NCBI RefSeq assembly: GCF_006345805.1
Contig: NC_042998.1
Location: forward strand, 201,004,001-201,068,000
Reading direction: 5' to 3'
Source of the DNA: Octopus sinensis
Taxonomy: Eukaryota
Length of the DNA: 64,000 nucleotides
In this document: positions 25,933-39,495 of the stretch, piece by piece
How positions within the stretch are numbered: the first letter of the stretch is position 1
Layout of the letters: each line of letters opens with the position of its first letter
Position numbers and translations under genes: made by a program
The notes under the pieces: generated by a model
Told to the model about the DNA's origin: nothing
The model's input: only the letters and a program-made list of their open reading frames with translations
The model's database searches: none

Positions 25933-26270
25933 GCACTCCGTCGGTTACGACGATGAGGGTTCCGGTTGGTCCGAATCAACAGACACGTGCACCCTTAACG
26001 TAGTTCTCAGGGATATTCAGCGTGACACAGAGAGTGACAAGGCCGGCCCCTTGAAATACAGGTACAACAGAAACAGGAAGTAAGAGTGGAGTGAGAGAAA
26101 GTTGAGGCGAAAGAATACAACAGGGGTCGCCACCACCTCCTGCCGGAGCCTCGTGGAGCTTTATGTGTTTTCGCTCAATAAACACACACAACGCCCGCTC
26201 TGGGAATCGAAACCGCGATCCTCCGACCGCGAGTCCGCTGCCCTAACCACTGGGCCATTGCGCCTCCACA
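25933..26270 (-). mobile_element. tRNA-derived SINE family C, near full length
   Basis: Homologous to 8105-8416; tRNA-like head tgtggaggcgcaatggcccagtggttagggcagcgg. Confidence 0.85.
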
Positions 26271-27644
26271 TCTTCAACAATAAAGGTAGAATGAAATGAC
26301 GTAATTTGTTTTTCGTTTCCTCCACCGACGTCACGTTTATAATTCCATAGTAACCATAAAGAATTCAAAGTTTGTGATTCTTAATATTAATTTTCAATTT
26401 GATTGGTTCAAGAAATCTTATACAGACGTTGGGTCTCCTCATCTCAAGCAAACACAGACGTTAACATCGCAGAAATAGGTACCTATTAATTGGTAGAAAC
26501 AATATCTTTTCGATAGATACTATCACAAAATTCATATTCATGCATATATGTGCATATGTGATTGTGTATGTGCTTGTGTATGTGTGCACTATTTAATTTT
26601 AACCCTTAAGGAAAATTTTAGTTTGTAACTAAGTATTAAATATATCTGTCAGTAAAACTAAAACTGCATCATCTGTGTCGATTCACATGCTAAACTATAG
26701 ATAGTGCTAGATTGACGTTTCAGAGAACGATTATTAATACCACTGATCTGGAGACGTATCAGAATAAATGATTCTTGATATCATTTATTCTTTGTTCTCT
26801 TGCTAACCAGACAATTACTGGAAACTCAGGCCTGAACAAGTTAATGCCTCTGTAGGCCTGAACATATAACGTCTTACTCAACCTCCGTTGCCTTCTACCG
26901 GGCATCTTTGCCAGAAAATATTCAAAAACATTCGAGATAATGCAAGTGTTCTTTAGCATCAGTATATTCCATAAGAAATTGGTGTATTAGCTCATATTTT
27001 ACCGAAGAATATATTTTTCTGCGTGTTTAGAATTTTATTTGCTGGTAATCTACATGATGGATCCACGAAAAATATGCTCCGCATTATTTTGCGTTGTTGC
27101 AGGAGTTAGGCTTGTTGATATTACGTTTTGTAACGGAGACAAGGATAGATTATTGGAATTTTCTTTTCTCAACACTACGGCTAGCCCTGATACAGAAGTG
27201 TACAGAAAAGACCTATAGCAGACACCATCCATACTCCCTTTCAGAAATAATGAAGAAAAGTTTGGGCCAATCAGCACGATTATAGAGAAGCGGCATATTA
27301 CCCACAGTTTGAAATGAAGATTATGTTCTCACTACCTTTTAAGCTATATTACTGACGTTATAACTGAAATCTGTTCACTCTACAGACTCGGACCAAACTA
27401 TTTAAGAACATTTTTTTTGTTTGCGTTTATACAACATTTATTAACATTGATCATCAAAGTATTTTCTCCAGAACAATTTATATTATACACCTTGTATCAG
27501 ATACGGTGAACAAAACAAGATTCGTCCGTTTCAGCTTAAAATCAGGCTTCTTATGTTCAAATGACTAAACTGTAGTGGTGCGAAAGGGGAGTGGGTATTA
27601 ATAAGCGCAGAAGCACAGGGTTTGCACTATTTTATAACTTTTTA

Positions 27645-27688
<44 letters not shown>

Positions 27689-27917
27689 ATATACATATGG
27701 ATATGTGGAGATGTATATCTGTATGTAAACACACAAGCAAACACACACACAAACACACACACACTCACACATATTTATCATCAGTTATTAAGAATCCCAC
27801 CCATGAGGGATCGATGCTAGATGCGTCGAAACAATTGTGATTAATAAAAATTGTCATAGTTTTCATCTTCCGTCTTTCATTTACCATATATATATATATA
27901 CATAGATACATAGATAC

Positions 27918-27960
<43 letters not shown>

Positions 27961-28683
27961 CATACATACATACATACATACATACATACATACATACATA
28001 CATACATACATGCATACATAATACATACATACATACATACATACATACATACATACATACATACATACACAGATGTATGCACTACTAATTCGATGGGATG
28101 CTTTTTAAAGTCCGAGGCATATGAAAAGAAAACGCAATACACGGTGGCAATTCATTCCAGTGGTGAAGTTTTCGTCAATGACGGCAAGTTCTCTGGTGTT
28201 TGGCAAACTACAAATCCAGGAGTTTCCAAAATACACAGAAACATTCAACGAGTTGTTACATAAAAATAAAAATGAAATAAGAAACAGAACGTTTATATAT
28301 TTTCGCAATAATGTTTCACATGGAGATTTTATTATGACGTAACATCGTACATTCACTTACGTTAGGCATGCAGCATGTTTATGATTATATAATCTTTCAT
28401 TATGTAATAATCCTAAATTGTCATGTAGCCGTAAGTAGCTCAGTATGTGATATCTTGTTAGCGCGGCAGAGTCAACAGAACCGGTTGCCCAATGACGTGC
28501 TGCTATTGTATAATGACGTATTGCATATTCTTATGCATGTTGCATGTCTCAGATAATTGAATGTACGAGCTAACATCATAGTAAAGTCTAATGAAACATT
28601 GTAGTGAGAGCATACAACACACACGCCCGCACACGTGCACACATACACATACACACACCCGCTAAATATAAATATATATGCTA

Positions 28684-29079
28684 TCTCTCTATATATATAA
28701 AGCTGAAGTTGTCTGTGTATGGCAGGTTTGGTAGCCTTCAACTAACACTATCTCCTCTGAGACCCTGTGGCGCAAGTTGACCAAAATTGAGAGTATGATA
28801 GAAGAAGGCTTGGTCTTCCTTCCGTAGAAGAAAAACTTCAAATCGGACCATGTTAACACCAAAAATTATTTACATCAAAAAGGTGCTTTTTTTTCAATGA
28901 AAATCCCAATTTTTTAACGATTTTTTGACTGCTGTGTTGGCATTTTTCGGTGTATTTCAACCAGAAAAATGTTCACTTTAAAGAGAATAACAAGCTACAT
29001 AATGCAAAATTTTTACTTTTCAAAATTCCAATTCTAAAGGGTCGAAACAAACCCGAGCAACGCTGGGCGATACTGCTAG
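28684..29079 (+). mobile_element. Non-autonomous Helitron, family H2
   Basis: Same 3' terminus as H1 (acaaacccgagcaacgctgggcgatactgCTAG|T) with a different interior; TC-TATATATAAAG start. Confidence 0.8.
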
Positions 29080-29529
29080 TATATCATATAGGAACTATAT
29101 ATTATAGCACATCTACACATCTATGATGGAGGCATAAAGTGAGGGAAGGATGTCATAACAGCAGTAATATGAATATAAATAGAAAACATCTTTGTAGACG
29201 AAATTTTGTGTATGGTCAACACCGATTTTCAAATTACTGGAGACCGTTACTCGACTCACAGCGATGTATGACAGGCCGCGTGTAAACATCGGAGTGGGTA
29301 AATATACACCTACACGATCTAGAGTCTGGAGGTATGCCTGAATGTAATTGATCAGACCACATGGGTAATCGTCGCCTGTAAAGGTCTGATTAATTATATT
29401 GACAAATGTTGCTGACGAATCATAGACAATTATGTAAGTATAATCTGCATATTTTGTTAATGAGGAAACGATTATACAACATTAATCCATTATTTAGTTG
29501 TATTTCAATTTCATTGCGTTGATTGTAGT

Positions 29530-32500
29530 GCTATTTCTATGTGGAATTATCGTTGGCGACTATACCGGTGGAGCTATTTCTAGCACTAGAGTTAACATAT
29601 TCAAAGTTGGCTCTCTTATATTTACGGATATATATATATATATATATTAAGTAAATTATTATTAATGAAAACAATTTGAGAATTAGAGCCGGGAGAGAAA
29701 ATGTAGGGTTTAGTAACATTTACATATACATTTATACAGGGAAGTGTATAGATTTATGTTTATGCTTTATATATACATATTTATGCAGGGAAATATATAC
29801 ATTTTTGTTTATAATATACAGATGTATGTATATCAAATGTTTATTAAACACACAAGTGATAAACCGACAAAACTCAGAGTATATCGAAATTTAAAACGGA
29901 CATGTAGTCTATCTTCCGGTTTATATTACTATTGTGAAACAACGAAAACAGTTTTAATATGTTTCAAGATACTATCTAAGAAAGTATCTGGTCTCTTCCA
30001 CGTTCCAGTTGGGAGTCGAACCACTTTAGAACTACATTGGACGTTTCTGCAACAACAAAGTATACACGGCCGAGTCGGTGTTGAGTTCTTCGATATCCCC
30101 CATGAAAACTTCACCATCACTATCTTGATTTTTCACGTCGGTTTCCTGTAGACGAATGAGAATTGAAAGACCATTTATGGTAGCAATAAGAACCACCGTT
30201 GTCCCTTTGGTGATCCTTTTCAAAGTCAATCGGTATTTTTGGCACGACTGGTAAGTCGCCTTGAATCACGAGTTCCAGGATATTTAAGCTCAGACATGCT
30301 TTGAATATAAGTAGGGACAGGAAGTTGGCGACATCGGCGAAAACCTTTATAATATCTTGGGATATTTTCCTATGATCATTCGGATTTAACTTCATTAAAC
30401 ATGCAAGTATAAAGAGATTATATTAAAAAACAGCTCAGTACCGACTCTTGCGCAGATTCTGTTCTGTATACGTATTGGTATAGATATCGAAGAATGACAT
30501 TCTGGCAGACAACATGCACTAATATTGTTTATCAAATGTTAAAACCTACTCTGCAGTAAACGTAAAGCTTGGCAACGAATATTTAAATCTGGGATAGTAA
30601 ATAATAACAAACGCTTCGAAACTGCTATTTTTTATATATATTAACAGAAATAAAAAAAATTCCAGAGGGTCAAACCTATAATATGGCTGTTATGGAGGGT
30701 GTGACTAATTAACTAACGGACACCAAATAATTTTATATGTAGATTTTTAGCTGACTCAATCGCTTATATATGCATTTCATGCGTCTTGAAATGTTTGGTA
30801 TACAACACCATCAAATGTCCTCAAATCCTTGAATGAACGACTGTTCTCCATGTTAGCATGATCATCTACAGCATAGTGTTTCATCACAGCGTCGAAATCA
30901 CCTTTCCCTACTTGAAAACGATAACAAGTTTGCGATTGTCTACTCTTTACAAACCTGTCTGATATGGATCCTCCCCCCGGGGAAATAGCAGTACATAATG
31001 CAGAGGATCATATGATCAATGCAACTGATGGATTCTTTGTATACTACCATCTCATCTGTCAACAATAACATCAAAGCGGCCAGCAACTTCCTCTGGCAAA
31101 ATAGCAGTAATTTCTGAATCCGTTTGAAGATTCAAAGTTCGACAATGTGAATTAGAGGATTTGTTATTTCTGTCAGCGTATCGAAATCCTTTAAAGCCTC
31201 AGTTTCAATAGCTGCTCTGAAACCACATGTATGCATTGTATTGGTTCAAGTCACCCTGTATGCTTTCAAAATCTCACTGTTTAAATTTCTATACAGCTGA
31301 CGATTCTCAAGTTCGTTATCTGTATCATTGAAGTGGATTCGAGCAAATTTTGGAATGTTGTCTTTAGGAAGTAGCGATGGAATCATGTGATAAAATTTTC
31401 CCTGCACCTTAAAAGTAAATCTAAATGCTGGGGCTCTGATTTCTTTGCAACCCAGAGAAGCCAATGCTAGTGCTTTGTTAAATGGACGTATATTTGCAGG
31501 AAATTGTTTCCTATTTTTGTAACATCGAAGTATCTAAGAATATTTGGTGGAGGCGGAAGCAGAGTGACAAGTTTTACTTTCCCCTCAAAGCAACATAGAG
31601 ATTTCAATTCAGCAGCCCATCTGTAAGCATCGCAATATGAACAAACACTGCCAAAGAGACTCCCTGCATTATGTGACTGTACAATAGACAGGACAGTTTG
31701 TTCTTGCAAATTATCGAAGCTGGCCTTCATTGCCAATCCTTTAAAAGAATTCTTCCTAGTTCGAAAATGCTTCCGTCTGTACTTCTGCTGTAAATATTCG
31801 GTGTCATCTTTCAGCACTCTGTTTATTGGAACTGTTGTTTCTGTTTGTATCTCACTGATGTTTGGAAGGCTTCCCATTTGATACTGGTTATCAGTCGGTA
31901 GCGAAACAGTCACAGATGGCGAAAGCTGCTTCAGTGTCTTCTTTTGAAGACCCATCACGAGATACCCTACCCAGTCGGTAATGTGTAGTGGAAACAGAAT
32001 CATGAGCTGGCAGAAACGTTAGCACGCCGGGCGAAATGTTTAGCGGTATTTCGTCTGCCGCTCCGTTATGAGTTCAAATTTCGCCGAGGTCGAGTTTGCC
32101 TTTCATCCTTTCGGTGTCGATTAAATAAGTACCAGTTACGCACTGGGGTCGATGTAATCGACTTAATCCGTTTGTCTTTCCTTGTTTGTACTTTCTGTGT
32201 TTAGCCCCTTGTAGGTAGTAAAGAGATAGGTATTTTGTCTGCCGTTACGTTCTGAGTTCAAATTCTGTCGAGGTCGAGTTTGCCTTTCATCCTTTCGGGG
32301 TCGATTAAATAAGTACCAGTTACGCACTGGGGTCGATGTAATCGACTTAATCCTTTTTTTCTGTCCTTGTTTGTCCTTTCTGTGTTTAGCCCCTTGTGGG
32401 TAGTAAAGAGATAGGTATTTTGTCTGCCGCTCCGTTATGAGTTCAAATTCCGCCGAGGTCGCGTTTGCCTTTTATCCTTTCGGGGTCGATGAAATAAGTA

Positions 32501-33170
32501 CCAGTTACGCACTGGGGTCGATGTAATCGACTTAATCCGTTTGTCTGTCCTTGTTTGTCCTCTCTGTGTTTAGCCCCTTGTGAGTAGTAAAGAAATAGGT
32601 AATGTGTAGTGGAAACAGAATCATGAGCTGGCAGAAACGTTAGCACGCCGGGCGAAATGTTTAGCGGTATTTCGTCTGCCGCTCTGTTATGAGTTCAAAT
32701 TCCGCCGAGGTCGAGTTTGCCTTTCATCCTTTCAGTGTCGATTAAATAAGTACCAGTTACGCACTGGGGTCGATGTTATCGACTTAATCCGTTTGTCTGT
32801 CCTTGTTTGTCCCCTCTATGTTTAGCCCCTTGTGGGTAGTAAAGAGATAGGTATTTTGTCTGCCGTTACGTTCTGAGTTCAAATTCCGCCGAGGTCGAGT
32901 TACGCACTGGTGTCGATGTAATCGACTTAATCCTTTTTTTTCTGTCCTTGTTTGAGCTTTCTGTGTTTAGCCCTTGTGGGTAGTAAAGAAATAGGAAACA
33001 GAATCATGTCTACGACTCCGTGCATATTCAGATACGTGTTTCAATCACTTTAGCCTAGTTTCACCTGATTCAGTTACCCGTCTTTCACTCTGTCGACGTG
33101 CTTTTGCTGTGATCTTTTCCGTCGCGTATATTTTTGGGACATAATTCTAATGCGATATTTGTGTAATAAC
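29530..33170 (-). pseudogene. Decayed autonomous Helitron (Rep/Pif1 helicase ORF relic)
   Basis: CSYCDAYRW..E...CCFEGKVKL, FKVQGKFYHMIPSLLP, LHxSYDPLHYVLLFPRGE (~30970-31040), SFKDLRTFDGVVYQTFQDA (30781-30840), STGIVA (~29560). Frameshifted, internally deleted and interrupted by a SINE. Confidence 0.85.
32005..32993 (+). mobile_element. SINE family B array inserted in the Helitron relic
   Basis: 15-bp TSD ggaaacagaatcatg at 31990-32004 and 32994-33008; ~184-bp internal units; 621-bp secondary duplication. Confidence 0.9.
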
Positions 33171-34452
33171 GAAATCACAGCAGGTGCGTGTGTTTGTGTG
33201 GGTGGGTGTATGACAGAGAGAGAGACAGACAGACTGAGAGTGAGAGGGTGAGAAAGAGGGGAGGGAGAACATTCCAAACAAGGAATGAAATAATCAAGAA
33301 ATGAAAAATCGTACAGGTAAAAGCTCGTTAAAAACTATATTCTTTAGCGTGCTAGAAAGAGTAGCGATCTCATAGTTATTATAGTCAGGCTTATAGAGTT
33401 CCTAGCAGCCATACGAACAAAATCACTTCTTAATAAAAAAGCCAACAAAAACATAAATTGTGGCTGTATTCTTTTATTCTTTTACTTGTATCAGTCATAT
33501 ATGACTGCGGCCGTATTAAAAAAAATTCATCTTATCAAAAATATTCATATAACAAACTCCGGGAAATGATAACATACTTGAAATTGTGCCTCGTATCAAA
33601 ATTGTACAGCTTTTTTGTCTGATATCATGCATCCATGTAACACAAAATCACTTCTTAATTTGAAAAAAATATTATACGGGTATATTAAAAGATTTTCATT
33701 TTATTAAAACTATTCATTTAACAAACTCCGAAAACTGATAATACTCTTTAAATTGTACTTCCTATGAAAGTTATACAGCTATTTTTGTCTAATAGCATGC
33801 ATTTATTCAATAAATATTTGTTTTTTACATTATGTATATAGGATAAACTGAGGATTTTGCAAATTAATTAGAATAGAAGCGAGAGAGTGTGAGAGACTTG
33901 CAAATGAAACGTAAAATATCACCTGACATGAATTAATATTCTTAATTGTTAAACATTAAAATCTACACATCAGTGAATGCAACAAATATTTAAATTTGTG
34001 AAAAATTGGAGTTCAAAAATTCAATGAACTTCAGAAATCGAAATTATAGGATGTTAGTTGGAACATGACTATATAAAAAGAATTCCAGACGGTCAAGATT
34101 TTAATAATTCATTTCTTTTCGTACTGTTTAATAACTGTTACATACCTAACTTAATAACTAATCAACAACTTTCTCCATCATATTATATATGTATATACAT
34201 GCTATAATGAAATCAAACCAATCAGTGATAATTTGGACTTATTTAATACATATACATCGGGCTTTCTTAATATACTATAGGAAGTGAAGCCATTATGTAC
34301 ACATTGTTTAGCCTAATACAATACACAAACGCACGCACACGCGTTCGCACGCACACACAAACATACTCACACACACACAAACACACATACATACACAGGA
34401 ACGCACAGGCATACACACACACGGTTCAACTGTTCACGGTTTTTATTAAATA

Positions 34453-34850
34453 CTAGCAGTATCGCCCGGCGTTGCTCGGGTTTGTAAGGGAAATAACTAT
34501 ATAAGCATTTTTAGAGATGTAAAGTATAATAGCCATCTCAATATGGCTAACCACAAAGGGGGGGGTATTACTGTAGCTTTTTACGTTCTGAGATTTAACA
34601 ATAAATTTTTAGAGATTTACTTCCCTTATATATGCCAAAAATGCATTAAAAATGGGAAAAATTGATGGTAATTTTTTTTTTAAAATCGTAGACTCATCGT
34701 AGACGCGCGCTAATACCTAGAAGGGCTCGATATGAATCACGACTATAAGATACCCGGTTTTGGTTAAACTTCACCGGAAAATGTGGGAGTAGTTAGGAAT
34801 CTAAATCGGAGGAGACAGACAGCACACAACCTCTCTTTTATATATAAAGA
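34453..34850 (-). mobile_element. Non-autonomous Helitron, family H1, second copy
   Basis: Reverse complement of 20393-20790 with A|TC...CTAG|T ends. Confidence 0.9.
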
Positions 34851-35787
34851 TGTTACAAGAAGTAGCAATTTTAATCTCCAACCGAAATCATTCTTCCGGC
34901 GTACAGGTGACAAGAATGTGGATTCTATAAAAGACTTCAGGGCTTGTCCATATATTCCTGTGCTGGTGGCAACGATCATCTGACAACAAACAAATTAGAC
35001 AGAAGAAGTATGTAACCCTTCTGAAATATATTCCTGTGAAATATATACCTATGTGTTTGTATGTGAGTGTGTGTGTGGTGCGGTGCGTGTTTGTCTGTAT
35101 ATACAAATGGAAATAGGAACTCGAAGAATCAAGTGGTATAAGTTCTCACAGTTATTAAGAAGTTTAGTGTATAATTTACGCCCTGTCTTTCTGATAATCC
35201 CAATCGCGGAGTGTATAATCGTGTCAGGAAAAGTAAGAAGTAAGTGAGAAATATTTCTTTCCTTTGTTTACAGATGGGTCGTAATTTATATTCGCTTACG
35301 TCACTGATACCAGTAATATGTTACGTAACTAATTGCATGCATTTTATAGTACCCAGAAGACATATAGCTATAAATGCAATTGTACCCACAGTTGTACTGT
35401 AACATAACGAGCAGGGATTTCCTACAGAACATTTTATGATCATTAAATATGTTTGTCGACCGAGGGTGGGTCGTCTCAATTGATGCGTTGGATATGATAG
35501 AGAAAAATCTTCAATTTACCGTTTAAGATTTCAGAAACGACTATTACCCAAGGAAACAGCTTCACGTGCTTTAAAAGGTGGGTTTCACAGGCGGCTTCTT
35601 AATTACTGTTACTGTATTTATAACTTTACCTTTTATTTCATTTCTATCATTTAAAAAATTCATGATGAATAACAAGAGCAATAATTTTCAATCTCCTCCT
35701 GAACAGTGCCCTTTTAAAGGTACGATTTAAATTATCCCTAGTGTGTTGAATCTCGGTTTGCAAGGAAGTCCTTTGCAGAACAGTTCC

Positions 35788-35836
<49 letters not shown>

Positions 35837-36164
35837 TTGATACACATACATTTAGTCACATTCACACACACACACAGACGTAGGCGTACACACACAAAAA
35901 AAGTTTTGAGTGATCGTGCGTGTTTGTGTGTGGGGCGAATGCGTATATGTGTGCAAACAAGTCTTCTTCAGGGTTTGTTTATCAATTTCCACTGACATGA
36001 CAGGGGTGAACTCGATGCTATTTATGTGCAACGGGCTATTTATGGTCAATTCCGGTGTTACTTCGGTTGCAAGGCGAGGTATTAAAGCACTCAGCCTACT
36101 GACGCTAAGTATGAATACTATCATATTCTTGTTTCACTGAGTTTTAAAAGCTCATTGAAACAAA

Positions 36165-36545
36165 GCACAGGCGTGGCTGTGAGTTAGGAAGTTTGTTTCC
36201 CAGCCGCATCTTTCCGAGAGTACTCCCAGTGCACGGTACTTTGGGTAAGCGTCCACTGTTATAGTCCCGTGCCAGCCAAATTTTGAGTGGATTTGGTAAT
36301 CAGAAACTAAAAGAAGCCTGTCGTATATAGTGACATATATATATATATATATAATATAATGTCTCTGTGTGTTTGGGCTTGTCCTCTACAATCTCGTGAG
36401 AACCGGTTTATATCCCCATCACCTAGTGGCTCGGTAAAACAAACCGATATACTAAGTATGAGACTTTAAAAAATACTTCGACTTCATTAATCAGTTTGTG
36501 GCTCCAGAATGGCAGCAATCAAATGAATGAAGCCAGTAAAAGATT
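36165..36545 (+). mobile_element. Diverged SINE family A
   Basis: gcacaggcgtggctgtg...gagtggatttggtaatcagaaactaaaagaagcctgtcgtat. Confidence 0.7.
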
Positions 36546-37604
36546 AAAGATTATATTTTCCGTACAATGTAGTTCGTGTCCAATAAGTTTGATAGTATTC
36601 GCCCAATTTTATATAGCGGGAAAATGCCTCATTTCATAGCAGAAATGAACACGATCTTATAGTTTTGACTTCCACTTGTGTATGTTAGACCAGATAATTT
36701 TATAACGATGTGGTTTAGAGGTAGACCGCAGGCTTTGTTTCAGAGGAACAACTGTTACATACGAACATGCATTGATTAACCAGTATGTATCGCAAATCAA
36801 TTGTTGACTTTATATAGCTTCCAGCAATAACTTCCATAACTTTAAGAATGAGCGCTTTTGATGGTTTTTCTTCCCATTCTTATCAAAAGCAGTGCGTTAT
36901 CCAATAGTGATTTAGAAAATTTATAGAAAAATAAGAAATTCATACATTATATGAATTAAACCGTATTTTAGCTTCATTCGCATCTATGTGTGTGTGTGTG
37001 AGTGCGTATATATGTTCATTCTACATTTAGCTGTAATTGATAGTAAATATACTCGGTGAACGTAATGCTATAGCTGGTGGCCCTGCTTGTGTTTATACAG
37101 TTTTATTGGTTTATAGAAGAACAGCTTTTAACTAGTTTCTAAATGAATGTTATTTGAAATCCATTGATACTTCAGCAGTTACATTAAATCAAGCACTTTT
37201 CTGAAGACGATAAATAGCTGTTTTCAAACTATATATTTGGAATGGGTTGCATCTCGAGCAGATTTCTCAAAAGCATCTAAGGTTAATAGAAGGAACATTT
37301 GCAGAAATTTAGATAGTATCGTCATAAATCTGTATCCAAAGTGAAAGACTAAGTGAAGTTATTGAAATATTTACGCCGTCTTCAATACTTCACCGAAGTG
37401 ATGCGGTTGGTAGTAGCTCTGTTGTTGTCAGTACCAACCAGATATTTCATAGTATCATTTCTCCCGTGATAAATGTTGCAAGAAAATTTGAAAAAAACAT
37501 ATTTTTAAACAAATATTGTTGTGGCGGTGATATCTTGGTTTCAGATTTTCACTCGGAAAACAATACATACCTGAATACTTGCAGATGACCGTATATTCTC
37601 GACG

Positions 37605-38034
37605 GCGAGGTGGCAGAAACGTAAGCACGTTCTGAGTTCAAATTCCACCGAGGTCGACTTTGCCTTTCATACTTCCGGGGTCGATAGATTAAGTACCAGT
37701 TATGCACTGGGGTCGATGTAATCGACTTAATCCCTTTGTTTGTCCTTGTTTGTCTCCTCTATGTTTAGCCCCTTGTGGGTAGTAAAAAAATAGGCATATT
37801 CTCGAAGGTGAGCTGGCAGAAACGTTAGCACACCGGGCGAAATGCGTAGCCGTATTTCGTCTGCGTTACGTTCTGAGTTTAAAATCCGCCGAGGTCGACT
37901 TTGCCTTTCATTCTTTCGAGGTCGATAAATTAAGTACCAGTTACGCACTGTGGTCAATATAATCGACTTAATACCTTTGTCTGTCCTTCTTTGTCCACTC
38001 TGTGTTTAGCCCCTTGTGGGTAGTAAAGAAATAG
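37605..38034 (+). mobile_element. SINE family B composite with TSD
   Basis: 14-bp TSD gtatattctcgacg at 37591-37604 and 38035-38048. Confidence 0.9.
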
Positions 38035-39077
38035 GTATATTCTCGACGATATATATTTTAGGCTAAGTGGGGTGTTACACAAAAATACTATCCTAGGGAT
38101 TGTTATTTCCCCCAAAATGCCAATAAACAGATCGGAAGACATCGTTTATGCAGCGTTACAAATTATCTGTAGCGGAAGAGAAGTATTAAATTTAGTTTTA
38201 GAGTAGTCTACGACAAGGGAAGGGAGTAATTAATGACAGAGATAAGCCAAACAAGTATAAAATTTGTAACTCAGGATACTTCTGGTACAATCATCATTTT
38301 CCGTACTGTATGTATTCTAACAAATCTCAATGGTCTGGCAGGTAATTTCAATAATCTTTATAAAAGACCTAGCAGCAATTTTGCTTCTAAGGTTTACACA
38401 TTATTGGTCTCAATACTGCTGAAGAAATAACTTATTCAACAAAAATATCATGCGTAACACGTTTGAATTGTTGGATGGGTGGAAAACGTTAATGATATAC
38501 TGCCAAAAATGCAATGCAACAGCTATGTAATCTCGACATACACTGCCGAGTAAAGTACCTTGCTTCTGTATACAACATCGATTAAATAAAATAAGCACAA
38601 CGCAACGAAAGCTGTCAAAATATTCAGCAAAGAATAAACGAGTAAAAACAACATATGGCAAAGAGATCAGTAGTGTAGCAATTTGTCATAACGAAGATTA
38701 AAAAACACATCTGGATAATTCATAAGTCACAGACAATCCATTTACAGCATTCATTTAATCAGTGTATTGCAACTTCTAATAGTTAACCGATTTAACGTCG
38801 ACAACCTGACTGGCATAAGCTTCAAAATAATCTCCACTTGGCTTAATAAGAGGGAAAACATAATAGTGCGGATCCTATTGCAGAGCTTACTAGATCGACA
38901 TTCAAGAAAACTCAGAAAGAGTTTACTGCAGTTGCAACAGTAATTATCCTGAGAAGGGAGAAAAGTCTATGAAGATGGATAAGGCTAAATACGTACAGTC
39001 ATTAAGTTTAACCTTCTACCACCGTAATCTTATTAACAATAAATTTCAGTACTAATATGAATTTTAACTTTAGTTAC

Positions 39078-39495
39078 GGATCTTTTCGGTTTGAACGGCA
39101 GTTTTTAACATAATTTCTAGGTAACTAAAACATTTTAAACTTCGTATACTGGTAGAATGTGTTTATAAAACATCTTTTTCTCTTGGCTTTATTGAGAAAA
39201 TTCTATAGGTTGTAAGATATTTGTTGTTTTTTTCTTCAATTTCTGCATTTACAACCAATCAATGTCCGTCTATTGGGGTAAAATCATTCTGTGCCGTATG
39301 AATATGTCCCTCGTTTAAGAAACAGATTGGGTTTATTTACATTTGTGGAGAAAAAAAAGATGCCCTTTCCCCCACCTCTAACCATAACGCTAAAACAGAT
39401 TGAAATGCAATAGATCGATACTAGGGTCATAATTATGGGTGACAATTTCATATGACACCGCTAGAAAAAAACTGCCGTTCAAACCGTAAGGATCC
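39078..39495. mobile_element. MITE with ~24-bp TIRs
   Basis: ggatcttttcggtttgaacggcag ... ctgccgttcaaaccgtaaggatcc; TAC immediately on both sides. Confidence 0.85.

Noticed and set aside
27795-27845. gatgc-tagat-gcgtc-gaaacaattgtg HHR-like motif
   Set aside because: No CUGANGA, and position 17 is G, which is non-cleavable.
33500-33810. Degenerate ~175-bp tandem pair (also 50530-51080)
   Set aside because: Old AT-rich duplications with no further structure or function evident.
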